DNA of 63,034 bases, counting the filler, from Catajapyx aquilonaris (Eukaryota), in assembly GCA_000934665.2 (NCBI GenBank). It is 4 parts of 4 records of this genome, joined end to end, with 100 filler letters (N's around TTAATTAATTAA, not from the genome) between each part and the next. Parts side by side here need not be neighbours in the genome. Positions count along the whole stretch, not along the records: positions 31,573 to 47,258 come from JYFJ02007429.1; positions 47,359 to 63,034 come from JYFJ02007430.1; 2 more parts are not named here. One strand, 5' to 3'. How positions within the stretch are numbered: position 1 is the first letter of the stretch; each line of letters begins with the position of its first letter. Positions 40,393 to 52,146 of the stretch are shown here, in pieces. Both the position numbers and the translations under genes were made by a program. Below the pieces are notes generated by a model. It was not told where the DNA came from and ran no database searches. It saw nothing but the letters and a program-made list of their open reading frames with translations.

Positions 40393-41210
40393 CACTCACA
40401 AGGGAACATCGCAATGTGATAATAACAGGTTTGGCCAAAAATGTATCAGTGGGTAAATCACATGCATACATGTCACTAGTGAGCGTAAAAAGACCTGCTT
40501 CGCAGCCATTTTCGAGATATGAGTGATGACAGATCTGGCGGGCTCAAGAGCACATCCACACAATCGCACAAACCGCATGAGGTAAAGGAAAATGGTTTTG
40601 GATTTGGATTTAGAATGATCAAAATAGGTTTCACGGTCAACTTCTGGTGACCAGCTACTTCCATTTTTTCCGGTTTACTCTATCCACGCAAGTCTACTTT
40701 ACAGGTGGGTTATCATACAATTTAGATATTAGTTTCTTTGGATTCGTGACCATGTGTCTCGGGGATTTATTAGCCCAAGCTTTCCCTAGCGCTATGGCAC
40801 AGGAGCTGTGTAATTAATTCTTGAAGTTTCACCTGATTGCAATGCACGAACTCAGCCGCCAAGATGTTATTGCCCAGGCCGATACTGGGATTGATATGCT
40901 GCCTAGGTTACGATATCTATTCCACAGCTCGGCCTCGCGTGATATATCGATACTTACATATGTGACCGATGAGATATACCATGCCATTCAAATCCGCCAA
41001 TAACGACATAGATTGTTGTCAGCCTCAAAGAGTGCCGTCCCTGACTCACTTTTGAGTGCAAATAATAATTTTGGAGGGCAAACTGCACCTTTGCATCCAA
41101 ATATTTCGGCCCCTGGTATCGAGGGGGCCTGATCTGTCGTCACTCATATCTCGAAATTGGCTGCGAAGTGGGTCCCGTTATTATCACGTCGCGATGTTTC
41201 CTTGTCAGTG
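40393..41210. mobile_element. TIR element in CCDC137 intron 2
   Basis: CACTCACAAGGGAACATCGC..TGATAATAAC..TTCGCAGCCATTTTCGAGATATGAGTGATGACAGATC is mirrored at about 41128-41210. Confidence 0.75.
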
Positions 41211-41263
41211 CCAGGGGGTGAGCTAGCAAGTGCCAAAGGGGGCAAATGTTAAGGTTTGCCGGC

Positions 41264-41316
<53 letters not shown>

Positions 41317-41420
41317 TTTTGAAAAGGCAGGGAAACTAAATGCAATGTTTTTAGATATGTTATTGGGTGTGCAAGCAATTTTGATGTGAGAATTCGACTT
41401 GAAAGGAAAGGTAGTCTCAC

Positions 41421-42799
41421 TCATAAAGAATGGTACGACTCTATGGACAACATGTTTATCCTGATTATCCAGCATTATTCCCAACTTAATTTCGTCGAGA
41501 CCCTATGGACAACTTGTCCTAGACCTCTGGCGACCCCGTATGACCCCATCCCGACTTTTTCTGAAATTTTTTATTACGAAAATATTCAACCTGATACAAT
41601 GCTTACGTAGATTTGAGATGAATATTCCCCCCCCCTGAATTTTCTTACTTTGCCTTGTTTTTTTCTTCTCTTTTTTTCTTGATTTTAATTGCCTTTGCTC
41701 GGCCTTCCTCACGACCCCTAAAAACCTGTAGGCGCCCCCAGGGGTAACAGAATAAGCATTTTGTCCATATAGACAGTGGTGGGCACAGCTAACCGAAAAA
41801 TTAGCTTCGCTAATAGCTAATCAGCTAACTGAAGACTTTGACTTCGCTAAATTGCTAACGCTAAACAGCTCGAAAATTTAGCGGAAGCTAATGCCAACTT
41901 TTATTAGATGAATTCAGCATTTTTTTGGCTCTACGACCCTTTAAAAAATAAAAACAGACCTAGAGTGCTAAAGCCTAGAGAGCACTGCTACACACATGCC
42001 TTATTTCGTTATTTACTGCTCCGTAAAAAAGTAATAAACAAATCCAGAAAGGAAGAGGGAAAAAAATATTGCCAAAAGTTTTAGATGAGTGCTTCCCAAT
42101 TGTTTTCGTTGGCTACCCCAAAAAATAAATTTGCGACCCCCCCCAGAGGTGCACATTTTGATCCCTCAACATGGAAAGACAGGTAAGCAGTGAAATTAAA
42201 ATCATTGATAAATTCTATTGTTGAGTGTTTGAACTGTTCTGTAGGCTAACTTAAATACTAAATCTTTTTAAAAATTATCCCGTGATAGGGCCTGAGGCCC
42301 TCTTAGGGGGGTGGAACACCATCATACTGAATTTCCATTCATCTATCACCACTGCTTTCTGTAGCCACCATCTATGTTTAACCGGCTTACCTCAGAGGAA
42401 AAGCACAGACATTTTTGGTGCATCACCAGTGCAGTGGGTGGGAACAGGGAAGGTGGTGTGCATACCGCCCTCCAACTCAAATGCCCAGACCATACCCATT
42501 GCACCCTTTGACCATGAACTCCCCTACCCATAAATGAGTAATTTGATCCTTGCCTCCAGCTGAAAGTGGGAAGTGGGCAATGCTGCTCAAAAAAGAACAC
42601 AGGAACACGAATTAATTTTGTGAGCGGATCAACATCTAGTGGCACAAAACTTAGCGGAAGCTAATCGATCCGCGAGCCAATTTAAACGTTAGAGAAACCA
42701 CTAAACAGCTAGGGGAAAAGTTAGTTCCACGATTAGCTGTTAGCGGATTAGCGGCGCTAATGACCATCACTGCATATCGAGTCGTACCATTCTTTATGA
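41421..42799. mobile_element. MITE whose right TIR is split by a hAT MITE
   Basis: TCATAAAGAATGGTACGACTCTATGGACAA pairs with TTGTCCATAT[insert]GAGTCGTACCATTCTTTATGA. Confidence 0.7.
41774..42772. mobile_element. hAT-type non-autonomous element
   Basis: CAGTGGTGGGCA...TGACCATCACTG ends; 8-bp TSD CATATAGA/CATATCGA; subterminal GCTAA repeats; second copy at 48307. Confidence 0.85.
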
Positions 42800-43154
42800 A
42801 CGGTACTGTGCATATGGTTTCACTTCTGGGTTAGTTTCTCTAGATTTACAGAGCCAAAAACATGTAGAAAATGCAGAATTCTGAGGTAAGGCTGGAGGTC
42901 AGTCAGGTGGGGATTCCCAGAACCTGTGCGGTACTGCATAGGTCCTGCAAGTTGAAGCGGAAAAACATACTTCAGTTCTTTGCCAAGCTTAGCCCTGTTT
43001 TCACAAAAACCTTGATTCCAGGTTTTGTGTGGGCACAAATTCCCTATGGGGAGAACTGGATGGTTAAAATAATGTAAATTGCCCTTGGCTAAAGTGAATG
43101 ATACTCTCCATTGTCTTTTTGTAAGGTAACTCATTGCACTCTTTATCATTATAG

Positions 43155-43487
43155 GATTACATAAAACATTCCAAGCTAGAGGTGAAGTACAAGGTGGCAG
43201 TAATTCAGGATCCTGTCACAGGCAGAATTCAGCTGGAAAATGATGGAAACCCTCAGAGGAAGAAGTCTAAAGCTGCAAGACGCAAGAAGAGACGTCAAGA
43301 AGCTGTAGAAGAGGAAGGGCACGAGGCTGAAGTGGAAGAACAGTGGAGTAAACATAGGAAAGGGCCAGATAATGACGATTTTTGCAACATGAAAGATGAG
43401 GTGAAGTTTGGGGAAGTGGTTTCAGCACCACCACAGCTGACGGCTAGGCCCAGGAATGCTCCAAAAACGAAAATTATAAGCCATTTT
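43155..43487 (+). CDS. CCDC137: CCDC137 exon 3
   Basis: ATAG|DYIKHSKLEVKY...DEVKFGEVVSAPPQLTARPR; the FGEVV..PP.L motif is the CCDC137 signature; |GTAAGT donor. Confidence 0.9.
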
Positions 43488-43793
43488 GTAAGTATCATTA
43501 CTGTACTGGTAACTCATGCCCTGTGTTTGGATTTGTACCCTATGATTTTTAAAATCTCTGACTTCATTTTTTCTCTTGTGTTGATGGATCTTGAGAGTAG
43601 GAGTAAATGGGAGGACCGCGAACAGTAACCTGCACAAACACAGCAAGACCCTATTATGAATTTTATCCATGCAAGAAAATCCCTGACCTGATTATTATCA
43701 AAATTAGCACTTAACCCTTTCTCTATCAGATAGGCCCAAATCACATAGGTTTTGGTTTACGCATACTTCGAAGATGGGCACAAGATATTTTAC

Positions 43794-43794
<1 letters not shown>

Positions 43795-43864
<70 letters not shown>

Positions 43865-44207
43865 GGTTTATTAACCCCGCCCTGAGGCCTAGGCCGAATG
43901 GGCAGGGGGTTCACACAGCCCACATTCCAACTGTATATTACAGAAAAGTAATTTGGAGACAATAGCACAAAAATAATTGTAAAGTTGCATCAAGTATTGT
44001 ATAGGGATATCCATAAATAACGAAAAAATACAGTCCGGTGGCATTTTTGGAAAGTTCCTTAGAAGTCCTTCTCGTTGTGGCTTAAAATATACACATACAT
44101 ACAATACATGAAAAAAATCGAAAGTATGAGATGAGTTTCAGAGAGTACAGTTATCCTGAGGTGAAAAAGAAAAGTTATAATTGTCAATCCACATTCTTTG
44201 CGTGTGG
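43795..44207 (-). mobile_element. 3' fragment of a LINE with (ATT)n tail
   Basis: - strand C-T-L-*-N..H-V-L-Y-V-C..F.PQR (degenerate CCHC), then AATAAA and (ATT)n. Confidence 0.55.
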
Positions 44208-44210
44208 TAG

Positions 44211-44567
44211 TATAATAATAATAATAATAATAAGAAGAAGAAGAAGAAGAAGAAGAAGAATGATAATGATAATAATAATAATAATACATACCCCATTATC
44301 AGCCGGTGGCTCTTTAGGGGGGGAGTTCATCCCAATTTTGTTTTGACTGGAACTCTTTGCTGTCATTTTTACTTTGCTTTTTGGGATAGGATAGGGATGG
44401 AAGGAAGCGGCTGTGGCCTAATTATTTAGGAAGCAATCCCGGAATTCTCCTGGGGGGGACCATGGGAAACCACAGAAAACCACGGTTAGGATTGCCGGCC
44501 CCAGGACTCGAACCCAGGACCTCCCGATTAGCAGTCGAACCCCTTATCCACTCCACCAAACTGCTTC
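44211..44567 (-). mobile_element. tRNA-derived SINE family A
   Basis: A box TGGTGGAGTGG, B box GGTTCGAGTCC, body GGTTTTCTGTGGTTTCCC..TAGGCCACAGCCGCTTCCTTCC, (ATT/CTT)n tail; homologous to 50075. Confidence 0.88.
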
Positions 44568-45610
44568 GATATTTTACAAATAATAACAGCTATACTTGAA
44601 CCCGATCAGGGAAAACACTATCGAGAGGTTTTAGGTGACTAGGTGGTAATGTGTCTGGAACAATTTTACTTGTCTAGACATCCCTAAATTAAGGTAGGTG
44701 TACCAGTAGTGGATAGTGTTCCAAAGGTGGATGGCGGAGACTTTGAACCTAAATGACAAGGGAACACGGCAATATCAAGTGGAAATGAGACATCTGGCAT
44801 AATTTCACATCCCTTTGGGGTTGACTGATCACCACACATTTACCATTCATGGCCTACTTAGTGAATGAGAAGCTCATGAACACGTCAGCTCTGAGTTTTG
44901 CCTGGAAATGGTGCTTTTTTTAGCAGATTCGCTAAGAGACACATAGAAAGCAAACCCTTGCAAATAAATAAATGGACGTGTTACTTTGGGTATTTTAAGT
45001 GGAAAAGGATATCAATGCTTCAAATTTTCCAAATTTGATGTCCTTTTGCGTCAATCTTATGCAAAGAAAGTTTTGGCTGGGGCGTCCACTACTGGACCCA
45101 AAAAACGTTGCTGTTCCAATTCTGGACTCCCCGTCTCGACCATTGGACACTGGGCCATAGTCGATACTCGATACCGGCCCAGACTGGGAATCTAAAAACA
45201 ACAAGAACAAGAGAGCACGGCAATCTGGCAGCGTCACAACCCTTTTTGATTATTCAGAATAAAATTAATTACTCTATAAGTTATACTAACCAGACATGGT
45301 GTAAAACTTATGCTTCCCTGATGATATTGACACAACTTCAGTAAATACGGTATATGGAGGCTGTTCACAACTGGGACATGGATGGCGTCCACAACTAGAA
45401 CAGTCATCATTTTGACTGTTCACAATTTGCATATAAAATATTTAAACAGAATTAACCTGTTTAATGTGGCACGAATATGCACTGGATGAAAGAGCAAGTA
45501 TCAAAGATTCGAACGATATTTTTTCGAGGATTTCTTAAACTCATTTCCATGGAAAGAGTGTCCGATGTGAATTTTTTTCCTTAACCTGTCCACCTCTGGG
45601 ACACTTACCT

Positions 45611-46075
45611 TATTTCCTTGAATTGTAAATACTTCTATAGCTTTGAAAAATAAATGCAGTGTATGACTGTTGCAAGAAAGGTTGTGAAAAGCCACCATAA
45701 AATATTTAATGGCAGCAAGGGAAGCAATGGTGTCCTACAATCCATTAATACTTTTGATAGCCATTAAAGTAACTGCTTAAATTATGTAGATTAGTGCCAA
45801 CAACAGCCACAGCAATCAGAGAAGTATTTTAGATCACTCTGTATGTGTTACATGTGCAACTTGGGACCCATACTTTCCAATATGAAAAAAGAGATAGGCC
45901 TTTGAAAAATTTATGAAACTTGATATAATGGGCTGAAATAGCTGAATTGTTGGGATATAATACGATTCCATCATTGCCACGAGCACTGCACCATTAAATG
46001 TGAGAATTGCCACATTGCATTGCATGTAAAGTGAAGCAATGAGTGGAGAGAAAAGTATACGGATTGTCCTAGTGC
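45611..46075. repeat. Dispersed repeat, inverted copy at about 53264-53764
   Basis: Long collinear reverse-complement match, e.g. GGAAGCAATGGTGTCCTACAATCCA and GAGAATTGCCACATTGCATTGCAT. Confidence 0.85.
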
Positions 46076-46081
46076 CCTATA

Positions 46082-46244
46082 CTTGCCCAACACCAGTGAA
46101 GTTCGCCTAGCACGAAAATCACCTGCATGTCGACGCATATAAGTTGTGCGATTAAAACATGATTGATTCTCAAGTAATTCTTATTTGTAACATCGACATG
46201 CAGGTGATTTTCGTGCTAGGCGAACTTCACTGGTGTTGGGCAAG
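46082..46244. mobile_element. Young MITE with ~53-bp perfect TIRs
   Basis: TA|CTTGCCCAACACCAGTGAAGTTCGCCTAGCACGAAAATCACCTGCATGTCGA ... exact reverse complement |TA. Confidence 0.88.
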
Positions 46245-46770
46245 TACAGGGTGTTTCAGAGTAATGGGTCAAGTGCACAAGAGGACGTGGGGGAAAATTG
46301 TAGCCTGTGATAACCCTGGTCGGTTTTATAAAACAATTGGTATTAAGGTAGTAATCGATTTTTTAATATCTGAAAGATGTCACATCCTTTCTCTTCGAAT
46401 TGAAAGGTGGGTGCCGTGTGTAGAGCGGCTCTCGGGCCTTACGGATTGCACTGAACAAGGCGCTACAGTTTGGTACGTGCAGTAGTACAGTATGTTGGAT
46501 GCTTGTACTGTATGTACAGCACTGTACTGACTGGATTATCCCTGTGTACAGTAGTGTACCCTTCTGTAACAGTACTGTATCGCACATCATGACAGGTGCC
46601 CCTCGTACCGCACGTACCATGGAAATGAAGGAAGACGTTCTGGACACAGTTTCTTCCCCATATAAAACTCACCTCACCGGGCAGTTAAAAGCACTTTTAT
46701 TTTGCGCAAGTTGTGGTTATGGGAACATCTCGACTGCATAATCTTAAAACATACCCTTTTTCATTGCCAG

Positions 46771-46944
46771 ATATCTGAAGACCAGGCTACCAGTGCTTCT
46801 TCAAGTGTATCCACTGGTCCTGTTAACCGTACTGTGAAGAGGAAGCTGTTGCCAGTTGCTGAGAGAAGACAACTTGAGGCCGAAAGGGAGCGTGTGCAAC
46901 AAGCCTATAGGAATTTTAGAGCTCAGAAATGGAAGAAGATGTAA
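46771..46944 (+). CDS. CCDC137: CCDC137 last exon
   Basis: TTGCCAG| phase 0; ERRQLEAERERVQQAYR matches the conserved C-terminal helix; TAA stop; AATAAA at 47011. Confidence 0.87.
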   Translation: MSEDQATSASSSVSTGPVNRTVKRKLLPVAERRQLEAERERVQQAYRNFRAQKWKKM

Positions 46945-47258
46945 ACTGTGAATGTGTGTGTGTCACTATTCATTGAAAATTTTCAAGTGGAGAGTATTTT
47001 CTCTTAGTACAATAAATATTTCTGATAAGGGTAGTGTTGTGTTATGAACATGCAGTTTGTCATGACTCATGACCCTGGATAGTTGAACTGAGCAAATAGA
47101 GAGTGCAGATTATTATTAAGGAGCCTCCCAAGAGATGACACTGTCAGTGACTTCCAAGTATTTAGGACTTTACTTGAAACATTTTGAAATTGAGATACAT
47201 GCATCTTTCCTCTTTACTCTGGCTAGATAAGGGAGCGCAATAATTAGATGACACACAG

Positions 47259-47358
47259 NNNNNNNNNNNNNNNNNNNNNNNNNNNNNNNNNNNNNNNNNN
47301 NNTTAATTAATTAANNNNNNNNNNNNNNNNNNNNNNNNNNNNNNNNNNNNNNNNNNNN
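47259..47358. other. Artificial contig linker
   Basis: 44 N + TTAATTAATTAA + 44 N. Confidence 0.97.
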
Positions 47359-47760
47359 CAAATTACTTTTCTCCATATGCCAAACCTGGCCAAACTCATA
47401 CAATAATAAGGGGCGATGCAAGTGAACTCTAAGAACCCAAATCACAAAAAAAAAAACCCTGATAACTGGAAGTGGGGTTAATTAAAACAATTTTATCTCC
47501 CCCAACATCCACTAGAAAAAAAAAAATACTCCACCAAAGATACTTATCCCAGTCCCAGTATTTTAAAAATCCTAACGCTGCTGACCGCACATATAACACT
47601 GGGTTGGGTGTTTTGGGGATGAAGGGAATGACGAAAGTGTGAGTGTGCGTCTGTTTGTGTCTCAGTACTGGGTAGGTGGTGGAATGTGATGGATGGGGGT
47701 ATAGGAAAGGTGCAGTGGGGTGTGGGGAGGAAGTTGTCTAGCCTTTTCCCCACCCTCACC

Positions 47761-47853
47761 TTAGTCCTTCTTGACCCTGACATCAGCAGCGGCTGCAGTG
47801 GCAGCAGCTTGTTTGGCCAGGTGGGCCTGCAGCACAGCCACGGCCTCCTCAAC
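47761..47853 (-). CDS. PABPC1: Cytoplasmic poly(A)-binding protein, last coding exon (final helix of the MLLE/PABC domain)
   Basis: TTGCTTGTTGCAG|GTT GAG GAG GCC... translates VEEAVAVLQAHLAKQAAATAAAADVRVKKD*; V(E/D)EAVAVLQAH is the conserved end of the PABP MLLE domain; possible donor G|GTGAGG just after the stop. Confidence 0.88.
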   Translation of the reverse strand, partial: VEEAVAVLQAHLAKQAAATAAAADVRVKKD

Positions 47854-48030
47854 CTGCAACAAGCAACACATGCCCATTTAAGACACTTGCAATAATGGAA
47901 CACTGAATATCTTACAACAAACTAACTCTTCTTACCCTCCTAAATTTGGAAATGTTTTGGAATTTGCTGATTCTGCTTGACCTATAGTGTTGTGCAAACA
48001 TCACCTCTGCTGCCAAAAGACTGAAATTCC

Positions 48031-48279
48031 GAAGCCACAACACCTGCATCCGGTCGCGGGTGGCAGGTCGTTCGTACCGGCTGGCCGATCGCGGGTCGTC
48101 GCGACTGATATCAGTGATATGTAAATGATTGATTAAACTTGATTCATAAATTGCTACACAAAATCGATTTCGAAGAATGTGAGGTCATATTCTACTTGCT
48201 CGCGCCACCCTAGAGCGTGCTACAGTCATGGCGACCGGGGACCTGCGACCCGCGACCGGCTGCTAGGTGTTGTGCCTTC
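48031..48279. mobile_element. GC-rich MITE nested in the outer element
   Basis: GAAGCCACAACACCTGCATCCGGTCGCGGGT pairs with ACCCGCGACCGGCTGCTAGGTGTTGTGCCTTC. Confidence 0.75.
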
Positions 48280-48306
48280 AAAATATCGCATTTAGCTTGT
48301 ATTTTG

Positions 48307-48542
48307 CAGAGGTCGGCACAGCTAACCGAAAAATTAGCTTCTCTAACAGCTAATCAGGTGACTAAATTTTTTTTTGGCTTTGCTAAATAGCTAAAGCTAA
48401 ATAATGGATAGAAAATTAGTGTAAGCTAATGCTAACAGCTAACTTTCATTTTGGAATGGAACCTTTTTTGGATCTATGACCCTTAAAAAACAGACCTAAG
48501 CTGATAAAGCCTAGAGAACATTGCTACCCATACGTCTTATTT

Positions 48543-48621
<79 letters not shown>

Positions 48622-49450
48622 TGTGGGTTAGGGCTCACCCTTTCGGGCATCAGCACAGCCTTTATTTACCAAGTTGTTTACAGTTTGGAACCTTTTTACG
48701 AAGCGCCCGGGTCCACGGGCGGGATGACAGGAGGGGATGTGCAAAGTGCAGTGCATATGCTGTACTAGGTCATTTTGTGAACTCCCCCGGGTGCATCCAC
48801 CCGGGGGAGTTCACATTGGATATTCCACCCAGAAACGAAGCCAGAGACGACCCACACTCTGCACGGATGAAGGGGGTGTCCCTGGGCAGGATTAGATCCC
48901 GGGACCTTAACATCCGTGGGCGCACACGTTACCGCGGCACCATTCCGTCTCCCCCTCTTATTTAGTTATTACTTACACTTCCGTACAAAAAGTAATAAAC
49001 AAATCCAAAGAGCGTAAATGTTTATTGCCTTATTGGTCACATACTGATACTTTTACATTTTTTACTCCATCATTTGGGAGTGATGGTTGGCCATAGGGCC
49101 TTGAAGTCCCGCACATTTTTCGACATTGAAAGTCTTCCTTTCAATTTTGATGCATCGTCACCAGTGGGATTCCACCATAGGGATAGGGCCTTGAAGTCTC
49201 CCACCCATAAACTGGTTTAATCCCTGCCTGGAGTGGAAACAATGCAACTTTAAAAAGTAACAGACAGCCAGGCAGGAACACAAATGAATTTTGTTAGCTG
49301 AATTTATTTAGCTGCAGTGCGGCACTATTTAGTGGGAGCTAATTAGTAAGCTAGCAGCCTGAAAAGTTAGGGGAAACAGCTAATCAGCTGACGAAAAGTT
49401 GGTTCATCTATTAGCTGTTAGCTGATTAGCGGCGCTACTGCCCACCTTTG
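48307..49450. mobile_element. hAT-type element (same family as 41774)
   Basis: Perfect 8-bp TSD GTATTTTG; CAGAGGTCGGCA...TGCCCACCTTTG ends. Confidence 0.88.
48548..48955 (-). mobile_element. tRNA-derived SINE family C inside the hAT element
   Basis: 13-bp TSD TCTTATTTAGTTA; (ATT)n tail; homologous to the 51793 copy; empty site present in the 41774 hAT copy. Confidence 0.88.
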
Positions 49451-50074
49451 GTATTTTGACGTGAAAATTAGCAGCAGAGGTGATGTTTGTACAACACTAT
49501 AGGCCAAGCAGAATTAGAAAATAAATAAAAAATCCAGATTTAGGAGGGTAAGAAGAGTTAGTTTGGTTGTTAATTCAAGGTCTCAGCAGTTATTGTTACA
49601 AGTGGAATAGCCACCATGTGAAGGTAAATCTTCATACAACAAACTCAGCATGCTTTGAAAACTTTCTATTGCAAAAATATTATGCAATCCTGGTTGTAAG
49701 GAAGGTAGGCCTTCCTTTGCCTCTTATACACATGCACAGAAATGGACAGCATTTGTAAGCATGTTGGTAACAAAGACCTTGTGTAACGTTTTGCAAATAC
49801 ACAGTGGCATATTGACTTGCATGTATTTTGTCCAATAAAGTAGGCACAGCAGCTGATGTATACAGAGTCAATCAGAAGGTTTTGCACTTATGCAATTGGG
49901 GTGATGTGTTGCCCCAGCAATGGCAGCCTGTGACAAACTTGCGTACTCTACACTTGCCCTGAACCCAGGTCAGTACTCTATTATGATATGAAGTCAGATG
50001 ACTCGCTCTAAGAGCATCTACTTCGTATGTTTGCAATTTCCCAGTATACAACCGCAGTATAATTCTAATGAAAT

Positions 50075-50349
50075 GACCGAAGCAGTTTGGATGAGGGGAT
50101 ATGGTGTCCGACTGCTAATCGGGAGGTCCTGGGATCAAATCCCGGGACTGGCAACTCTGACTGTGGTTTTCTGTGGTTTCCCACGGTCCTTCCAGGAAAA
50201 TTCCAGAGTTGTTTCCGTAATTAATAGGCCACAGCCGCTTCCTTCCGTCCCTATCCTATCCCAAAGAGTGCAGTAAAAATGAAAGCAAAGAGTTCCAGGC
50301 AAAACAAATTTCCCCCCCTAAAGAGCCGATGGCTGATAACAGGGTATGA

Positions 50350-50411
<62 letters not shown>
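50075..50411 (+). mobile_element. tRNA-derived SINE family A
   Basis: Degenerate A/B boxes, same body as the 44211-44567 copy, (ATT)n tail. Confidence 0.88.
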
Positions 50412-50659
50412 GGGGGACATGGTGGCGGAGTGGTTAGCGCCGCAGCCTTCCACCTCTAAGGTCCCAAGTTCGATCCCCGGATCGGACAGAGGATACTTAT
50501 GTGGATAGAGTTTCGATGGGTTCTCTCCATGTTCGCGTGGGTTTTCTTGGGGCTCTCCCGTTTCCTCCCACTATCCATCACAGCAAAGGCAATGATTAAA
50601 GTCGGTTAATTAAAAAGATGATCCCCTAAAAAGCTCAAGGAGACTTATCACAGGGTATC

Positions 50660-50718
<59 letters not shown>
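50412..50718 (+). mobile_element. tRNA-derived SINE family B with V-domain-like core
   Basis: A box TGGCGGAGTGG, B box GTTCGATCCC, core TTCTCTCCATGTTCGCGTGGGTTTTCTTGGGGCTCTCCCGTTTCCTCCCAC, (ATT)n tail. Confidence 0.8.
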
Positions 50719-50719
<1 letters not shown>

Positions 50720-51792
50720 ATTAATAACATTTGACTTCTCTCAGTATGAAATATGACTAATAAAATTGCAGAAACTTGGCAATATTACCTCCTAATATCA
50801 ATAAATGAACTTACTGTAATTAGACCAAGGGAAACACAGGAATGAAGTGACACTAACCTCAGTGACTGCCAGGCAGTGACCCTGTGCATGCTTGATGCAG
50901 TTCCTGAGCAGTGGTACATAGAAAGTAGGTGAGTCCTCCTTCCTTCCCAATCTTGACTGACTTCAGCTGGGAAGTGGTTGTAGCAGCTGACTTGCTGTGT
51001 GAGACTGAATATTATATTGTAGCCTTGATGACATGGCAACATTGTAGGCTTACTTGGAAGAGTTGATCTCAGTGATTAGATTTCACAGTTCACATACAGT
51101 ACTCCTCGAGACCACATGTCAGGCTGTCCTCCACTTCTCTTTGGAATACTGCAATAGGATAAGTTAAATAGTGTATTTATAAAACTCATTGGAAAAATAA
51201 ATCTCTAGTGTTCACTAAGTTGGTAATCATTGCTTTTTAAATCATCTACCATTACTGGGAATACCCTGAGTGGAAGGTTCTCAAGAAATGTGTCCTCCCT
51301 GTCTCTGTGTCTTGCAGTACTCGCTGACTTAACATCAGCATCAATCAGATATCCATCGACTCTTCTTATGAATCAAGCTCACTTTTGCATTCACAAGCAC
51401 CCCATCCATCATCGCCTGCCAGCTTCCTCTTTTCCTTCACCTGACAAGTCATCTTTAATCCTCACAATCTCACCCAGCACACAATTTGACTTTTGATGAA
51501 GCCCCCTTCCCCAAGCACACCCCATCTGGCAGCAAGGAGGATCAGAGGTGACAGCCATCCCTGACTACACAGCCATCCAACAAGTATGAACTCCAAATAT
51601 CCTACAGTTGCTTTTCACTGAAGCATGCTGAAACATGGCAGTCCTCCCATGTGGATGTCCCACTGCCAATGAAAACATCCTCCTCCAGAACACACCGTCT
51701 GGAAAACATTAACACTTCACAACATAATTTTACTGAAGTTGTAGGCTACTGAAACAATGGTTTATGATAAGTGCAAAGGTGCTTACAAAATA

Positions 51793-52146
51793 CAGGGAGA
51801 TGAAGTGGCGCCGCGGTAACGCGCGCGCCCACGGATATTAAGGTCCCGGGTTCAATCCCCACCCGGGGTTCCCACCTTTATCCGTGCAGAGTTGGGCCAT
51901 CTCTGGCTTCATTTCGGGTGGCAATTTCCGACAGACTAAGCCACCCGGGGGAGTTCACAAAATGACCAAGCAACGACATTGCACTTGCACTTTGCACATC
52001 CCCTCCTATTCATTCCCCCTTCGCTCGCGGTACCCGGGCGTTACGGAAAAGGACGACTTGTAAAAGCTTGTACATCTTAAGCAAATAAAGGTACCGTGCC
52101 AGATGCCCAATTAGGGCGGTGCACTAACCCGATTATTATTATTATT
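51793..52146 (+). mobile_element. tRNA-derived SINE family C
   Basis: 18-bp TSD AAAGGTGCTTACAAAATA; A box TGGCGCCGCGG, B box GGTTCAATCCC; short (ATT)n tail. Confidence 0.9.

Larger units (their letters stand above)
47916..49568. mobile_element. Outer MITE hosting nested insertions
   Basis: CAAACTAACTCTTCTTACCCTCCTAAAT..CCTATAGTGTTGT.CAAACATCACCTCTGCTGC is mirrored at about 49471-49565. Confidence 0.8.

Noticed and set aside
41223..44366. Poly-I, poly-N and poly-Y ORFs
   Set aside because: Translations of (AAT)n microsatellites and retroelement tails
46944..47761. Convergent CCDC137 / PABP gene pair
   Set aside because: Separated by an artificial linker, so the adjacency is unsupported
47544..47903. 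119-aa (-) and 69-aa (+) ORFs from the track
   Set aside because: Wrong frames; the real coding frame is the 30-codon PABP exon
50412..50490. tRNA genes at SINE heads (also near 44500, 48900, 50080, 51800)
   Set aside because: A/B boxes run into shared SINE bodies with (ATT)n tails, and TSDs where visible; no complete cloverleaf evident
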